Assembly (NCBI RefSeq): GCF_946221155.1
Contig: NZ_CAMIAN010000002.1
Span: 20,887 to 84,886 of the forward strand
Source: an uncultured Corynebacterium sp.
GTDB lineage: Bacteria; Actinomycetota; Actinomycetes; Mycobacteriales; Mycobacteriaceae
Length of the DNA: 64,000 nt
Direction of reading: 5' to 3'
The notes under the pieces were generated by a model. The model saw only the letters and a program-made list of their open reading frames with translations. It was not told the DNA's origin and did no database searches. Below, one piece after another: positions 38,983 to 48,117 of this stretch (position 1 is the stretch's first letter; every line of letters starts with the position of its first letter). The translations under genes were made by a program, and so were the position numbers.

Positions 38983-40200
38983 CTAATCCTCCTTCGCATA
39001 AGGCACCGTCGCGGTCACGTTCCACCCACCGGGGTACAACGCCGAGGCTCCCCACTTGGCCTCGCCGCCGTGGATCGCCACGCGCTGGCGGATGCCAGTC
39101 AAACCGCGGCCGGACCCCTCGATCTGCTCTTCACCCGGCGCGTTATCTACGCTAATGGTCACCTGGGCGGGCTCCCACTCCAGCCGCACCTGGGCAGACA
39201 CAGAGCCCGCGTGCTTCAGCACGTTGGTCAGGGATTCCTGCACGATACGGTACACACTTAAGTCGCGGACCTCGTCCAGCTGGTGCGGTTCGCCGGTAAC
39301 GTGCAGCTTCACCTGCACCCCGTTGCGCTTGGCATCTGCCACAAGCTCGGGAACGCCAGCCACCCCAGGGGTGACGGTGGTGGATCGCGGCGAGGGGGCG
39401 TCATCGTGAAGAACAGAGAGCAGCTCCCGCATCTGGGTCAGAGCCGAGCGACCGCGCGCGGCGATCGTGTCGAGGGCCTCGATGGCCTTGTCCGGATCCT
39501 TGCGCCCCGCGTAGCGACCGCCATCCGCCTGCGCGATGACGACGGTGAGGGAATGCGCAACGATGTCGTGCAGCTCCCGGGCGATGCGGTTGCGCTCGCT
39601 GACGGTGGCGAGCTCGGCGCGGGCGGCCAGCGCCTCCACTGCCTGGTCGCGGCGCAGCGAATAGCGACCTGTCAGCCACATCAGGGCGATGGTCACGGCG
39701 GTGAGCAGGGCGATTACTCCCCAGAACGCCCAGAACTCAGCGGTCCGAAAATCCTCACCGCCCCATGCAAAATCACCGTCTCTTCCCTTGCGCGCGTTGT
39801 AAATGGTCCCCCACGCCATCGCGTAGAAAGAGCCAAGCAACAGTAAAGTCAGCCACAGCTTGCGGCGCAGCATCAGCTTCGCGGAGATGAAATAAGCCTC
39901 ATAGGCCACCACCAAGTAGCCAAGTGGCCACACTAGCAGCGCAGACGTCGCATAGGCATACATGCCAACTGCAGTGACTGCCACACCCCATTCAGGGCGA
40001 AAGCGTTGGAGGAGCAAGCCGATGAACCCCAAAACTAGACCTGTGCTGGCAACAACAACCTGCCAGGGGGCGATGTTCATGCCGGTGCCAAATGTGCTTC
40101 CGACACCGAGAAAGAAGAACACCATGACCACAACAGCTACAAGCACCCACCAGGAGGCATCCCGCCACCACACCGGGCGAGGAACTGCTTCATAAGACAT
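38983..40200 (-). CDS. sensor histidine kinase (HisKA_3 family, multi-TM sensor domain)
   Basis: Six or more N-terminal TM helices, the HisKA_3 H-box (RELHDIVAHSLTV) and HATPase_c. Its stop abuts the regulator's start. Confidence 0.88.
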   Translation of the reverse strand: MSYEAVPRPVWWRDASWWVLVAVVVMVFFFLGVGSTFGTGMNIAPWQVVVASTGLVLGFIGLLLQRFRPEWGVAVTAVGMYAYATSALLVWPLGYLVVAYEAYFISAKLMLRRKLWLTLLLLGSFYAMAWGTIYNARKGRDGDFAWGGEDFRTAEFWAFWGVIALLTAVTIALMWLTGRYSLRRDQAVEALAARAELATVSERNRIARELHDIVAHSLTVVIAQADGGRYAGRKDPDKAIEALDTIAARGRSALTQMRELLSVLHDDAPSPRSTTVTPGVAGVPELVADAKRNGVQVKLHVTGEPHQLDEVRDLSVYRIVQESLTNVLKHAGSVSAQVRLEWEPAQVTISVDNAPGEEQIEGSGRGLTGIRQRVAIHGGEAKWGASALYPGGWNVTATVPYAKED

Positions 40201-40215
40201 GTATGAAGAGTCTAG

Positions 40216-40998
40216 TTACAGACGCACCCTATCGCCGTAAACAAGCAGGCCATTAACGAAGCGCGTAAGGAACGGCGGCGAGAAGTGGCTGGTGGCCTCC
40301 AGCAGCTTCGTCTTCCAACCGACCGGGAAATGCACCTTCGTGGGGCTGCGGCGCGGCGCGGTCACGGCCCTTACTACCTCTGCGGCCACATCTTGTGGGG
40401 TTGTGGACGCCCCCAGCCGCCGCATTCCCGCCGTTTCCACATTGGCGATGAGCGCCGTCCGCGAGTACAGGGGCAAGACGGTGCGAACGCGAATGTTGTG
40501 CTTATCCCACTCGAAATCCAGCGCCTCGGAGATGCCGCGGACGGCGAACTTGGTGGCGGAGTAGGTGGCCATATCCGGCGTACCGTAGATGGAGGAAGCA
40601 CTGCAGACGTTGACGACCACGCCGTCGCCGGCCGCCTTGAGATGCTCGAAGGCCGCGCGGCAGCCGTAGATCACGCCCTTGACGTTGACGTCAACGAGGG
40701 CGGAATCCTGCTGGAAGCTCCCGCGGTCGATAAAGTCGCCGCCGTAGAGAACGCCCGCGTTGTTGATGAGTGCATTGATTCCCCCGGCGCGGGCCGCGAA
40801 GTCGGTAACGGTGGCGGACCACTGGTCGGGGTCGGTGACGTCGAGTGTGCCGGGGATAATGTTCGGATGTTTAGCCCAGCCGCGGACCTTGTCTCCGTCG
40901 AGGTCGTAGGCGCCGACGGTCCAGTCGGCCTCGGCGAAGGACTCAGCGATTGCGCGGCCGAAGCCTTGGGCTGCGCCGGTAACGAGTATTGATTTCAT
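40216..40998 (-). CDS. short-chain dehydrogenase/reductase (SDR) family oxidoreductase
   Basis: TGAAQGFGRAIA Rossmann motif, NNAG and the YxxxK pattern. Confidence 0.85.
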   Translation of the reverse strand: MKSILVTGAAQGFGRAIAESFAEADWTVGAYDLDGDKVRGWAKHPNIIPGTLDVTDPDQWSATVTDFAARAGGINALINNAGVLYGGDFIDRGSFQQDSALVDVNVKGVIYGCRAAFEHLKAAGDGVVVNVCSASSIYGTPDMATYSATKFAVRGISEALDFEWDKHNIRVRTVLPLYSRTALIANVETAGMRRLGASTTPQDVAAEVVRAVTAPRRSPTKVHFPVGWKTKLLEATSHFSPPFLTRFVNGLLVYGDRVRL

Positions 40999-41039
40999 AC
41001 TCCTAACTATTACAGTAGCCAGAGTACAGGAGGTAAATT

Positions 41040-41492
41040 ATGGCCTATTTAATCATCGACCAATCCGGGAACCCATTAAGTCGCCCGAATGATGGAGATG
41101 TTGTATCCAATCCAGACACAGGGCAGGTCCTTACCATCAGCTTCCTGAGGATAACCACGCCCGACGGGGACTATGAAGTTGATTTTCTTCCCGGAATTGT
41201 CGACCTCTACCAAGGAAGCAAGGATAGATCATCCTATTCCACAAATATTCAAGAGATAAGCGTCGAGAAAGGAACTCGACTTCACAAAATTGGCAGTATT
41301 GACCATATAGATGATGTAACCCTGACGCATTTAGGGGATAAATACCGAGTTCAGGCCGCGAAACTAGACGACACGAAACCAGATAGTTTAATCCTCTGCG
41401 AAGATGGTTTTATAAGAACTTTGCAAGATAGTTTTTCTGCTACCGACAGGCCTCAAGGAGTTTTCCCCGTTCTCCACAAAGTCGATGAGTAG
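41040..41492 (+). CDS. orphan hypothetical protein in a low-GC islet
   Basis: Perfect AGGAGG SD, 150 aa, no recognisable motif. GC is markedly lower (about 45%) than the neighbouring purE and SDR genes, and it is the only plus-strand gene among minus-strand neighbours. Confidence 0.6.
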   Translation: MAYLIIDQSGNPLSRPNDGDVVSNPDTGQVLTISFLRITTPDGDYEVDFLPGIVDLYQGSKDRSSYSTNIQEISVEKGTRLHKIGSIDHIDDVTLTHLGDKYRVQAAKLDDTKPDSLILCEDGFIRTLQDSFSATDRPQGVFPVLHKVDE

Positions 41493-41526
41493 GCAGCCCC
41501 GCCGAGCACTACCCAGTTAGAACGCT

Positions 41527-42039
41527 TCACCCCATCAACTTCTGCTGCAGGGCGCGATCCTTTTCCAGCACTGCGTCGCGCATGTTCTCTTGGTATTCCA
41601 CCATCTTGTCCATCAGAACCTCGTCAGCCACCGCGAGGGTGCGCACGGCCAACAGGCCCGCGTTCTTCGCACCGTCGATGGAGACGGTGGCAGTCGGCAC
41701 GCCGCCCGGCATCTGCACGATGGAGAGCAGGGAATCCAAGCCATCCAGGTTTCCCAAGGCACGCGGAATGCCGATCACCGGCAGCGGAGTGGCCGCGGCA
41801 ACCATGCCGGGCAGGTGGGCCGCACCGCCGGCGCAGGCGATGATCACCTTCACGCCGCGGGTGTGGGCGGTGCGGGCGTAGTCGAGCATGCGCTCCGGGG
41901 TGCGGTGCGCGGAGACCACTCCGACCTCGAAGGGGATGCCGAACTCGGCCAGCACCTCGGCGGCCGGCTCGACGGTGGGCCAGTCGGAGTCGGACCCCAT
42001 CACCAGGCCGACCAGCGGGGTGCGTGCGTTCTCAGTCAT
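41527..42039 (-). CDS. purE: N5-carboxyaminoimidazole ribonucleotide mutase
   Basis: [13 protein letters not shown]...AGGAAHLPG signature. Confidence 0.95.
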   Translation of the reverse strand: MTENARTPLVGLVMGSDSDWPTVEPAAEVLAEFGIPFEVGVVSAHRTPERMLDYARTAHTRGVKVIIACAGGAAHLPGMVAAATPLPVIGIPRALGNLDGLDSLLSIVQMPGGVPTATVSIDGAKNAGLLAVRTLAVADEVLMDKMVEYQENMRDAVLEKDRALQQKLMG

Positions 42040-42042
42040 CGG

Positions 42043-43278
42043 TTAGTCCTCCCATTCGGCGGTTTCCAGGAACTTCGCGGCCAGGCGCGCCTGCTCGCGC
42101 GTGCGCGCCGGATCCTCCCCCAGCATATTGACGTGGCCGATCTTGCGGCGCGGGCGCCAATCCTTGCCGTACATGTGAATCTTTGCGTTCGGGAAGCGAC
42201 GCCACACCGCATCCATGCGCTCGTGCATCGGCATCGCCGGATCCTCGGCCGCACCCAGCACGTTTGCCATCACTACCACCGGCGCGGTGGGCTCGGTGGA
42301 GCCTAGCGGGCGGTCTAATACCGCGCGGACGTGCTGCTCGAACTGGCTGGTGATGCAACCATCTTGAGTCCAGTGACCGGTGTTGTGCGGACGCATCGCC
42401 AGCTCGTTGACGATGATCTCCGGCTGGCCGTTCTCGTCGGTGGTCTCGAACAGCTCCACCGCCAGCACACCCGTGACCCCCAGCTCGGTGGCGACGTCAC
42501 GGGACAGCTGCTCGGCGGCAGCCAGGATCTCCGGCGTGGAGTTCGGGGCAGGCGCCACGGCCTCCACGCAGATTCCGTCCTCCTGCAGGGATTCCACTGC
42601 CGGCCACGCCTGCACCTCGCCGGACGGGGTGCGGGCCACCATGGCGGAAAGCTCGCGCACCAGCGCGACCTTCTTCTCCGCCATCAGGGGGATCTCCTTG
42701 TCCAGCAGCTTCTCTACCAGCTCGCGGGCCTCGTCCACCGTGGCGGGGAACCACACGCCCTTGCCGTCATAGCCGCCGCGGCGGGCCTTCAGGCACACCT
42801 GGCCGCCCACGGCCTCGAAGAACCCGGCAATATCATCGGCGGACTCGATGGCGGCAAACGCCGGCACCGGGGCGCCCAGCTCGCGCAGCTTCTTGCGCAT
42901 CACCAGCTTGTCCTGCGCGTGGATCAGCGCCGACGGCTGCGGCTGCACGTTCACGCCCTCTTCGATAAGGGCATCCAGGAAGCGATTGGGCACGTGCTCG
43001 TGGTCGAAGGTCACCGCGTCGGAGTCGCGAGAGACCTCGCGGACGTGCTCCTCCAGCGCGTAGTCCCCCAGCACCACGTCAGCGGTCACCTGCGCGGCCG
43101 AGGAATCCGGCGCCCCGGCCAGCACGCGGCAGCTAAGCCCCAGCTCGATCGCCGCCTGTTGTGTCATCCGCGCCAGCTGCCCGTCACCGATGATCGTCAC
43201 CAGCGGCGCGCCCGGCGCGTGCGCGGTCTCGCGGGCTAGTGACCAGTCGGCTGTGTTTTTCCCGTTGTTCTCACTCAC
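42043..43278 (-). CDS. purK: N5-carboxyaminoimidazole ribonucleotide synthase
   Basis: ATP-grasp PurK pattern, 3 nt downstream of the purE start side. Confidence 0.9.
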   Translation of the reverse strand: MSENNGKNTADWSLARETAHAPGAPLVTIIGDGQLARMTQQAAIELGLSCRVLAGAPDSSAAQVTADVVLGDYALEEHVREVSRDSDAVTFDHEHVPNRFLDALIEEGVNVQPQPSALIHAQDKLVMRKKLRELGAPVPAFAAIESADDIAGFFEAVGGQVCLKARRGGYDGKGVWFPATVDEARELVEKLLDKEIPLMAEKKVALVRELSAMVARTPSGEVQAWPAVESLQEDGICVEAVAPAPNSTPEILAAAEQLSRDVATELGVTGVLAVELFETTDENGQPEIIVNELAMRPHNTGHWTQDGCITSQFEQHVRAVLDRPLGSTEPTAPVVVMANVLGAAEDPAMPMHERMDAVWRRFPNAKIHMYGKDWRPRRKIGHVNMLGEDPARTREQARLAAKFLETAEWED

Positions 43279-43283
43279 GCCTT

Positions 43284-43787
43284 CTAACTATAGTTCCCCG
43301 GCCCGACACGCCTAAGCTGGCTCTTCAGCAGCCTCTCGAACTTGCGGGTATAGGGAACCGAATGCAGCACCAGCGGCACCCGGGCGCCCGCCACATATAC
43401 CGCTACGTCTCCCCGATGGGAGCGGCAATCCACCACGTTGGCCAGCGGGATCTGCCCGATCCGGCTGCGCAGGTGGCCGGTCGCGGTGATCAGCCGCCTG
43501 TCGGTCAGCAGCATGCGGGAGCGCGCGCGGAAGATCAGGTGGCGCACGCAGCGCCTCCAGCAGACCCACAGCCACGCAACCAGCAGCCCCCGGCGGAGCC
43601 AGAGGAAGGCTTCCACGGTGGGGGCGTCCAAAGCAGTGTTGGCCAAGTACTGGTCCAGAGCGCCGATGCCCATCCAGAACAGTCCCGTCCACAGCATCAG
43701 GCGCAACACGGGGAAGAACATGGAGCGGCGCGCGGGACTCAGCTCCGCTAAGACCTGCTCGCCGGGATCGAAAGTGATCTTGCTCAT
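43284..43787 (-). CDS. membrane protein with bacterial PH (YdbS-like) domain (Rv3278c-like)
   Basis: MSKITFDPGEQVLAELSPARRSMFFPVLRLMLWTGLFWMGI... with two TM helices. Start at the internal ATG, which overlaps the birA stop (ATGA); the long track ORF 43284-44276 is rejected. Confidence 0.65.
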   Translation of the reverse strand: MSKITFDPGEQVLAELSPARRSMFFPVLRLMLWTGLFWMGIGALDQYLANTALDAPTVEAFLWLRRGLLVAWLWVCWRRCVRHLIFRARSRMLLTDRRLITATGHLRSRIGQIPLANVVDCRSHRGDVAVYVAGARVPLVLHSVPYTRKFERLLKSQLRRVGPGNYS

Positions 43788-44626
43788 GCGTAGCGCCCTC
43801 CGTAGTCGCCCGTGCCGTCGGCGCGCAGGTGCACAATCTCCCCGGCGCGGATCACGCGCGTGCCCTCGCTGGTGCGGACCAGCAGCTCGCCATCGTCGTC
43901 GATGTCGGTTGCCGTGCCCTCCACGACCTCGTCGCCGGGCAGGAAAGCGCGCACGGAGGTGCCGATGGTCGCAGAAGCCTGGCGGTAGCGCGGTAGCACG
44001 GTCTGGGCCGCCCCTCCTAGTCGACGCCACCTCTCCAGATTCGCCGCGAGCTCCGCGAACACGGCCACCGCAACATCCTCGCGACTCGGGCAGGGCAAGT
44101 CCAGGCGGGCGCACTCCAGGTCGATGGAGCTGGCGTGGGCGACGGGCAGCTCGTCGGCCTGCAGGTCGTAGTTGATGCCGAAGCCCAGGATGATCGCCGG
44201 GTGCGGGTCCAGGTGCACAGCCTCCACCAAGATGCCCACCAGCTTGCGGCCGTCCAGCACGCAGTCGTTGGGCCACTTCAGCTGGATGGGAATGTCCGCG
44301 GAAGCGCGGATGCCCTCCACGATCGACAGGCCGGTGAGCAGCGGCAGCAGGCTAATGCGGTCCACCGGCACGTCCGGCAGGCGCAGCAGCACGGAACAGA
44401 TCAGCTGGCTGCGGCCCGGGGCCTCGAAGGAGCGCCCCTTGCGGCCGCGCCCGGCGGTCTGTTCCTCAGCCATGAGTATGGACATGTCAGGCAGGTCCTC
44501 CCCGCAGCGCACGCGGTCGGCCAAATCGGTGCTGGTGGAGCCGGTGGTTTCCAGCACTTCGACGTGACGGTAGCCCAATGGAGCCAGGCGCTCGGCCAGG
44601 CGGCGGGGGTCTAGCGGCGTGCGCAT
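43784..44626 (-). CDS. birA: biotin--[acetyl-CoA-carboxylase] ligase
   Basis: GRGRKGRSFEAPG (GRGRxGR) biotin-binding loop and the BPL_LplA_LipB fold pattern. Start at the internal ATG (MRTPLD). Confidence 0.85.
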   Translation of the reverse strand: MRTPLDPRRLAERLAPLGYRHVEVLETTGSTSTDLADRVRCGEDLPDMSILMAEEQTAGRGRKGRSFEAPGRSQLICSVLLRLPDVPVDRISLLPLLTGLSIVEGIRASADIPIQLKWPNDCVLDGRKLVGILVEAVHLDPHPAIILGFGINYDLQADELPVAHASSIDLECARLDLPCPSREDVAVAVFAELAANLERWRRLGGAAQTVLPRYRQASATIGTSVRAFLPGDEVVEGTATDIDDDGELLVRTSEGTRVIRAGEIVHLRADGTGDYGGRYA

Positions 44627-44711
44627 GGGAGTACTGTCCTTTCTTTTCACATGCCTTCCCTCAGACACTTTAGCCCCACCAATCACGGCGCTGAAGTTTT
44701 TACACCGTATT

Positions 44712-46076
44712 ATGGCGACCATGAGCTCTACCACCGACACATCTACAACCGCTGGGAAGATCGCCGACCTCCGCGATCGCCTGGCGGAGACCCACAAGCC
44801 GCAGGGGGACGAAATCCCGCGCGCCCGTCGCCGCGTGGACGCACTGCTGGATGCCGGTAGCTTCGTGGAGACCGACGCGCTAGCCCGCCACCGCTCGACC
44901 GCCTTCAAGGCCGACAAGTTCCGCCCAGTCACCGACGGCATTGTCGCCGGCTACGGCACCATCGACGACCGCCCAGTGTGCGTGTTCTCGCAGGATGCCA
45001 CCCTGTTCGACGGCCAGATCGGCGAGACCGCGGGCGAGAAGATCCTGAAGGTCATGGAACTGGCCGTGAAGTCCGGAACCCCGCTGATCGGTATCTACGA
45101 GGGCGCCGGCGCTCGCCCGAACGAGGGCATCGCGGCCCTGGAGTTCTTCTCCCGCATCCAGAGCCTGCAGACGAAACTCTCCGGCGTAGTTCCGCAGATC
45201 GCCCTGGTGGCCGGCCCTTCCAGTGGCGCGCTTGTTCACTCCGTGGTTCTGTCCGACGTTGTCGTTGCGGTCAAAGGTGCCGGCGAACTGGTAGATGACG
45301 CCACAGACGGCACCGCCCACATCGTCGCCGAGGACGACGCTTCCGCGCTGGGACTCGTCGCAGACGTCCTGGGCTACCTGCCCAGCAACAACCGGGCGCT
45401 CCCCCTGCGCGGAGATGAGGCAGCCGCAGAGGCGGAGACCGACGAGCTGGACGGCCTAATCCCCGACCCGGACGCGCAGGCCTACGACATGCACGAGGTG
45501 CTGCATCGCGTGCTGGACGCCGACACTGTGCTGGAACTCCAGAAGCTCCACGCGCCGAACCTGATCACGGCACTGGCGCGCGTGGGCGGCCGGAGTGTGG
45601 GCGTCATCGCGAACCAGCCCGAACAACAAGCAGGAATGATCGACGACGCAGCGGCCGAGAAGGCAGCGCGCTTCATCCGCTTCTGTGACGCGTTCAACGT
45701 GCCACTGGTAACCTTCGTGGACTCGGCCGGCTACGCACCGGACGTGCTGTTCCGCCGCACCGCAAAGCTGATCGGCGTGACGGCCGCAGCGAGTGTCGGC
45801 AAGATCGCCGTGGTCACCCGCAAGGCCTTCGGCGACGCCTACCTTTCCCTGGGCGCAAAGCGCCTGGGCACCGACCTGGTGTATGCATGGCCGACCGCGC
45901 AGATCGCGCAGGATGACAGCTACCAGGCGGAGCCGTACTCCGCCGCGGAGCGAGGCCTGGTGGACGCGGTGATCCCGCCGCGCGAGACCCGCTCCCGCAT
46001 CGTCGACGGCCTGCGCCTGGTGGAGCGCAAGGCCGAGGACGGCTACCCGCGCAAGCACGACAACCTGCCGTTCTAG
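44712..46076 (+). CDS. accD: acyl-CoA carboxylase carboxyltransferase beta subunit (AccD family), unusually short (about 455 aa)
   Basis: Crotonase-fold N-domain with YEGAGAR and a C-domain ending VDAVIPPRETR; divergent from birA and followed by accE. Start ATG 44712 or 44721. Confidence 0.8.
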   Translation: MATMSSTTDTSTTAGKIADLRDRLAETHKPQGDEIPRARRRVDALLDAGSFVETDALARHRSTAFKADKFRPVTDGIVAGYGTIDDRPVCVFSQDATLFDGQIGETAGEKILKVMELAVKSGTPLIGIYEGAGARPNEGIAALEFFSRIQSLQTKLSGVVPQIALVAGPSSGALVHSVVLSDVVVAVKGAGELVDDATDGTAHIVAEDDASALGLVADVLGYLPSNNRALPLRGDEAAAEAETDELDGLIPDPDAQAYDMHEVLHRVLDADTVLELQKLHAPNLITALARVGGRSVGVIANQPEQQAGMIDDAAAEKAARFIRFCDAFNVPLVTFVDSAGYAPDVLFRRTAKLIGVTAAASVGKIAVVTRKAFGDAYLSLGAKRLGTDLVYAWPTAQIAQDDSYQAEPYSAAERGLVDAVIPPRETRSRIVDGLRLVERKAEDGYPRKHDNLPF

Positions 46077-46086
46077 GAGGAAGCGC

Positions 46087-46281
46087 GTGACTGACTTTCA
46101 GGTGATCAAAGGCAACCCGGACGAGGTAGAGACCCGGGCGCTGCAGCTCATCGTCGATGACCTGGCCAAGGAGGCCGAGGCGCTGCGCAACGCCAAGCCC
46201 GATACGCGCGGGCACTACGGCCGCGAACTGCGCCACAGCAGCCCGGGTGCGTTCCGCAATCCGCGAATGCCGCGGGGCTAG
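46087..46281 (+). CDS. accE: acyl-CoA carboxylase epsilon subunit
   Basis: AGGAGGA SD, 64 aa, IKGNPDEVETRALQLIV matches the ACC-epsilon family pattern; immediately downstream of accD. Confidence 0.7.
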   Translation: MTDFQVIKGNPDEVETRALQLIVDDLAKEAEALRNAKPDTRGHYGRELRHSSPGAFRNPRMPRG

Positions 46282-46284
46282 GAC

Positions 46285-46869
46285 ATGCAGCTGACATTGG
46301 CCAGCACCTCGCCGGCGCGGGAGAAGGTGCTGAACGCTGCCGGGGTATTCCCCCGCAAGGTCTCCCCCGGCGTGGACGAGGAAGCCGCCGTCGCGGAGCT
46401 GGTGAGCCCCACTCCGGCGCAGTACGTACAGCACCTGGCCACCGCGAAAGCGCGGGCGGTTGACGGCGAGCTGGTGCTGGGCGGCGACAGCATGCTGCTA
46501 ATCGACGGCGAGCTGCAGGGCAAGCCGCACACGCGCGAGGAGACGGTGCGACGATGGCGCCAGCAGCGCGGGAAGCGCGCGGAGCTCGTCACCGGGCATG
46601 CGCTTATTGACGCCGCCACGGGCCAGATCTACGAGGAAGCCGTGGCCACTCAGATCCAGTTCGCCGATGTCTCCGACCGGGCAATCGAGGCGTACGCCGC
46701 CACCGGCGAGCCGCTGAAATGTGCCGGCGCCTTCACCCTGGAGGCGCTCGGCGGGTGGTTCATCGAAAGCATCGACGGGCACCCGTCGGCCGTCATCGGC
46801 CTGTCGCTCCCCGCCCTGCGGCGGGGGCTGGCCCATTTCGGCTATGACTTCTGCGATCTCTGGGGCTAA
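46285..46869 (+). CDS. maf: Maf-like nucleoside triphosphate pyrophosphatase
   Basis: Maf pattern (LASTSPAR...GKP...TGH); same position as Rv3282. Confidence 0.85.
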   Translation: MQLTLASTSPAREKVLNAAGVFPRKVSPGVDEEAAVAELVSPTPAQYVQHLATAKARAVDGELVLGGDSMLLIDGELQGKPHTREETVRRWRQQRGKRAELVTGHALIDAATGQIYEEAVATQIQFADVSDRAIEAYAATGEPLKCAGAFTLEALGGWFIESIDGHPSAVIGLSLPALRRGLAHFGYDFCDLWG

Positions 46870-48098
46870 TCAGCCTTAACGGAGCGCTGTTCCGGGCCGA
46901 CGTAACTGGATAGCGGGCGGATCAGGGCATTGTCCTCGTTTTGCTCCACAATGTGCGCGGTCCAGCCGACAACACGGGCCATGACGAAGATCGGGGTGAA
47001 GAACGGGATGTCGATGCCCAGCATGTAGTAGGTCGGGCCCGCCGGGAAATCCAGGTTCGGCTGGATTCCGGTGCGCTGGTCCATGGCCTTCTGCATGTTG
47101 TCGTACATCTCCACCCACCGCTGGCCGTCATGGTTGGCGGCGGTGCGGCGCATGGCGGCTTCCATGGTGGGCACGCGCGAGTCGCCCTTCTTGTACACAC
47201 GGTGGCCGAAGCCCATGATCTTGTTCTTAGCGTCGCACTGGTCCAGCACCCACTGCTCGGCGGCTGCCGGGTCCTCGACGGCCAGGAAGTTGTGCATTAC
47301 AGCCTCGTTCGCGCCGCCGTGCAGCGGGCCCTTGAGGGCACCGATGGCTCCGGTGACGGCGGAGTACACGTCACTCATAGTGGAGCTGATCACACGGCCG
47401 GTGAAGGTGGAGGCGTTGAAGCCGTGCTCAGCGTACAGGGTAAGAGATTGGTCAAAGGCCTCGACGTCGTCACGGCTGTTGGCGGGGCTGCCCTCCTCGT
47501 CGCCGAAGCACATGTACAGGAAGTTCTCGGCGATGTCGCGGTCGCGGGACGGCGGGATGTACTCCAGATTCTTGCGGCGGCGCAGGTCATAAGCGATGAT
47601 CGTCGGCAGCTTCGCCAGCAGTGTCAAACCGGTGCGGCGTACCGCGTCGGGGTTGCGGTCGTCCGCGTTGAGGTCCTCCGTGCCGAACACACTGACCGCC
47701 GTACGCAGCACGTCCATGGGGTGGGCGGTCGTCGGCAGAGAGTTGATGAGGTCCAGCATGCTGCGGTCGATGGGGCGCAGGGCGCGCTCGCGCTGGCGGA
47801 ACTGCTCCAGCTCGCGGAAGTCGGGCAGTTCTCCGTTCCACAGCAGGTAGGCCACGTCCTCGAAGGTGCAATGCTCGGCCAGCTCCTCGACGGGGTAGCC
47901 CCGGTAGGTCAGGGAGTTGGTCTCCGGGTTCACCTTCGAGACGCCGGAGGTGTCCACCACCACGCCGTTGAGGCCCTTGTTGATGTTCTTGTCGGTGCCG
48001 GTGACGTTGGAGGATTTGGTGGACTGGGCGCGGGGCGTGGTGAAGTTGGTTCGTCCGCGGTCGAAGGGTGCGTTGGAAACCTTGATCGGCTTAGTCAT
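46866..48098 (-). CDS. prpC: 2-methylcitrate synthase
   Basis: Collinear with Mtb PrpC/GltA1 (KGLNGVVVDTSGVSKV...GFGHRVYKKGDSRVP...). Start at the internal ATG, which has an AAAGGACGA SD. Confidence 0.88.
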   Translation of the reverse strand: MTKPIKVSNAPFDRGRTNFTTPRAQSTKSSNVTGTDKNINKGLNGVVVDTSGVSKVNPETNSLTYRGYPVEELAEHCTFEDVAYLLWNGELPDFRELEQFRQRERALRPIDRSMLDLINSLPTTAHPMDVLRTAVSVFGTEDLNADDRNPDAVRRTGLTLLAKLPTIIAYDLRRRKNLEYIPPSRDRDIAENFLYMCFGDEEGSPANSRDDVEAFDQSLTLYAEHGFNASTFTGRVISSTMSDVYSAVTGAIGALKGPLHGGANEAVMHNFLAVEDPAAAEQWVLDQCDAKNKIMGFGHRVYKKGDSRVPTMEAAMRRTAANHDGQRWVEMYDNMQKAMDQRTGIQPNLDFPAGPTYYMLGIDIPFFTPIFVMARVVGWTAHIVEQNEDNALIRPLSSYVGPEQRSVKAD

Positions 48099-48117
48099 GG
48101 TGAGTCGTCCTTTCGGG

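Noticed and set aside
43284-44276. 330-aa ORF extending the PH-domain membrane gene 5'-ward
   Set aside because: The extension overlaps birA out of frame and is Arg/Gly/Pro-rich nonsense. An internal ATG overlapping the birA stop (ATGA) gives the conserved 167-aa protein.
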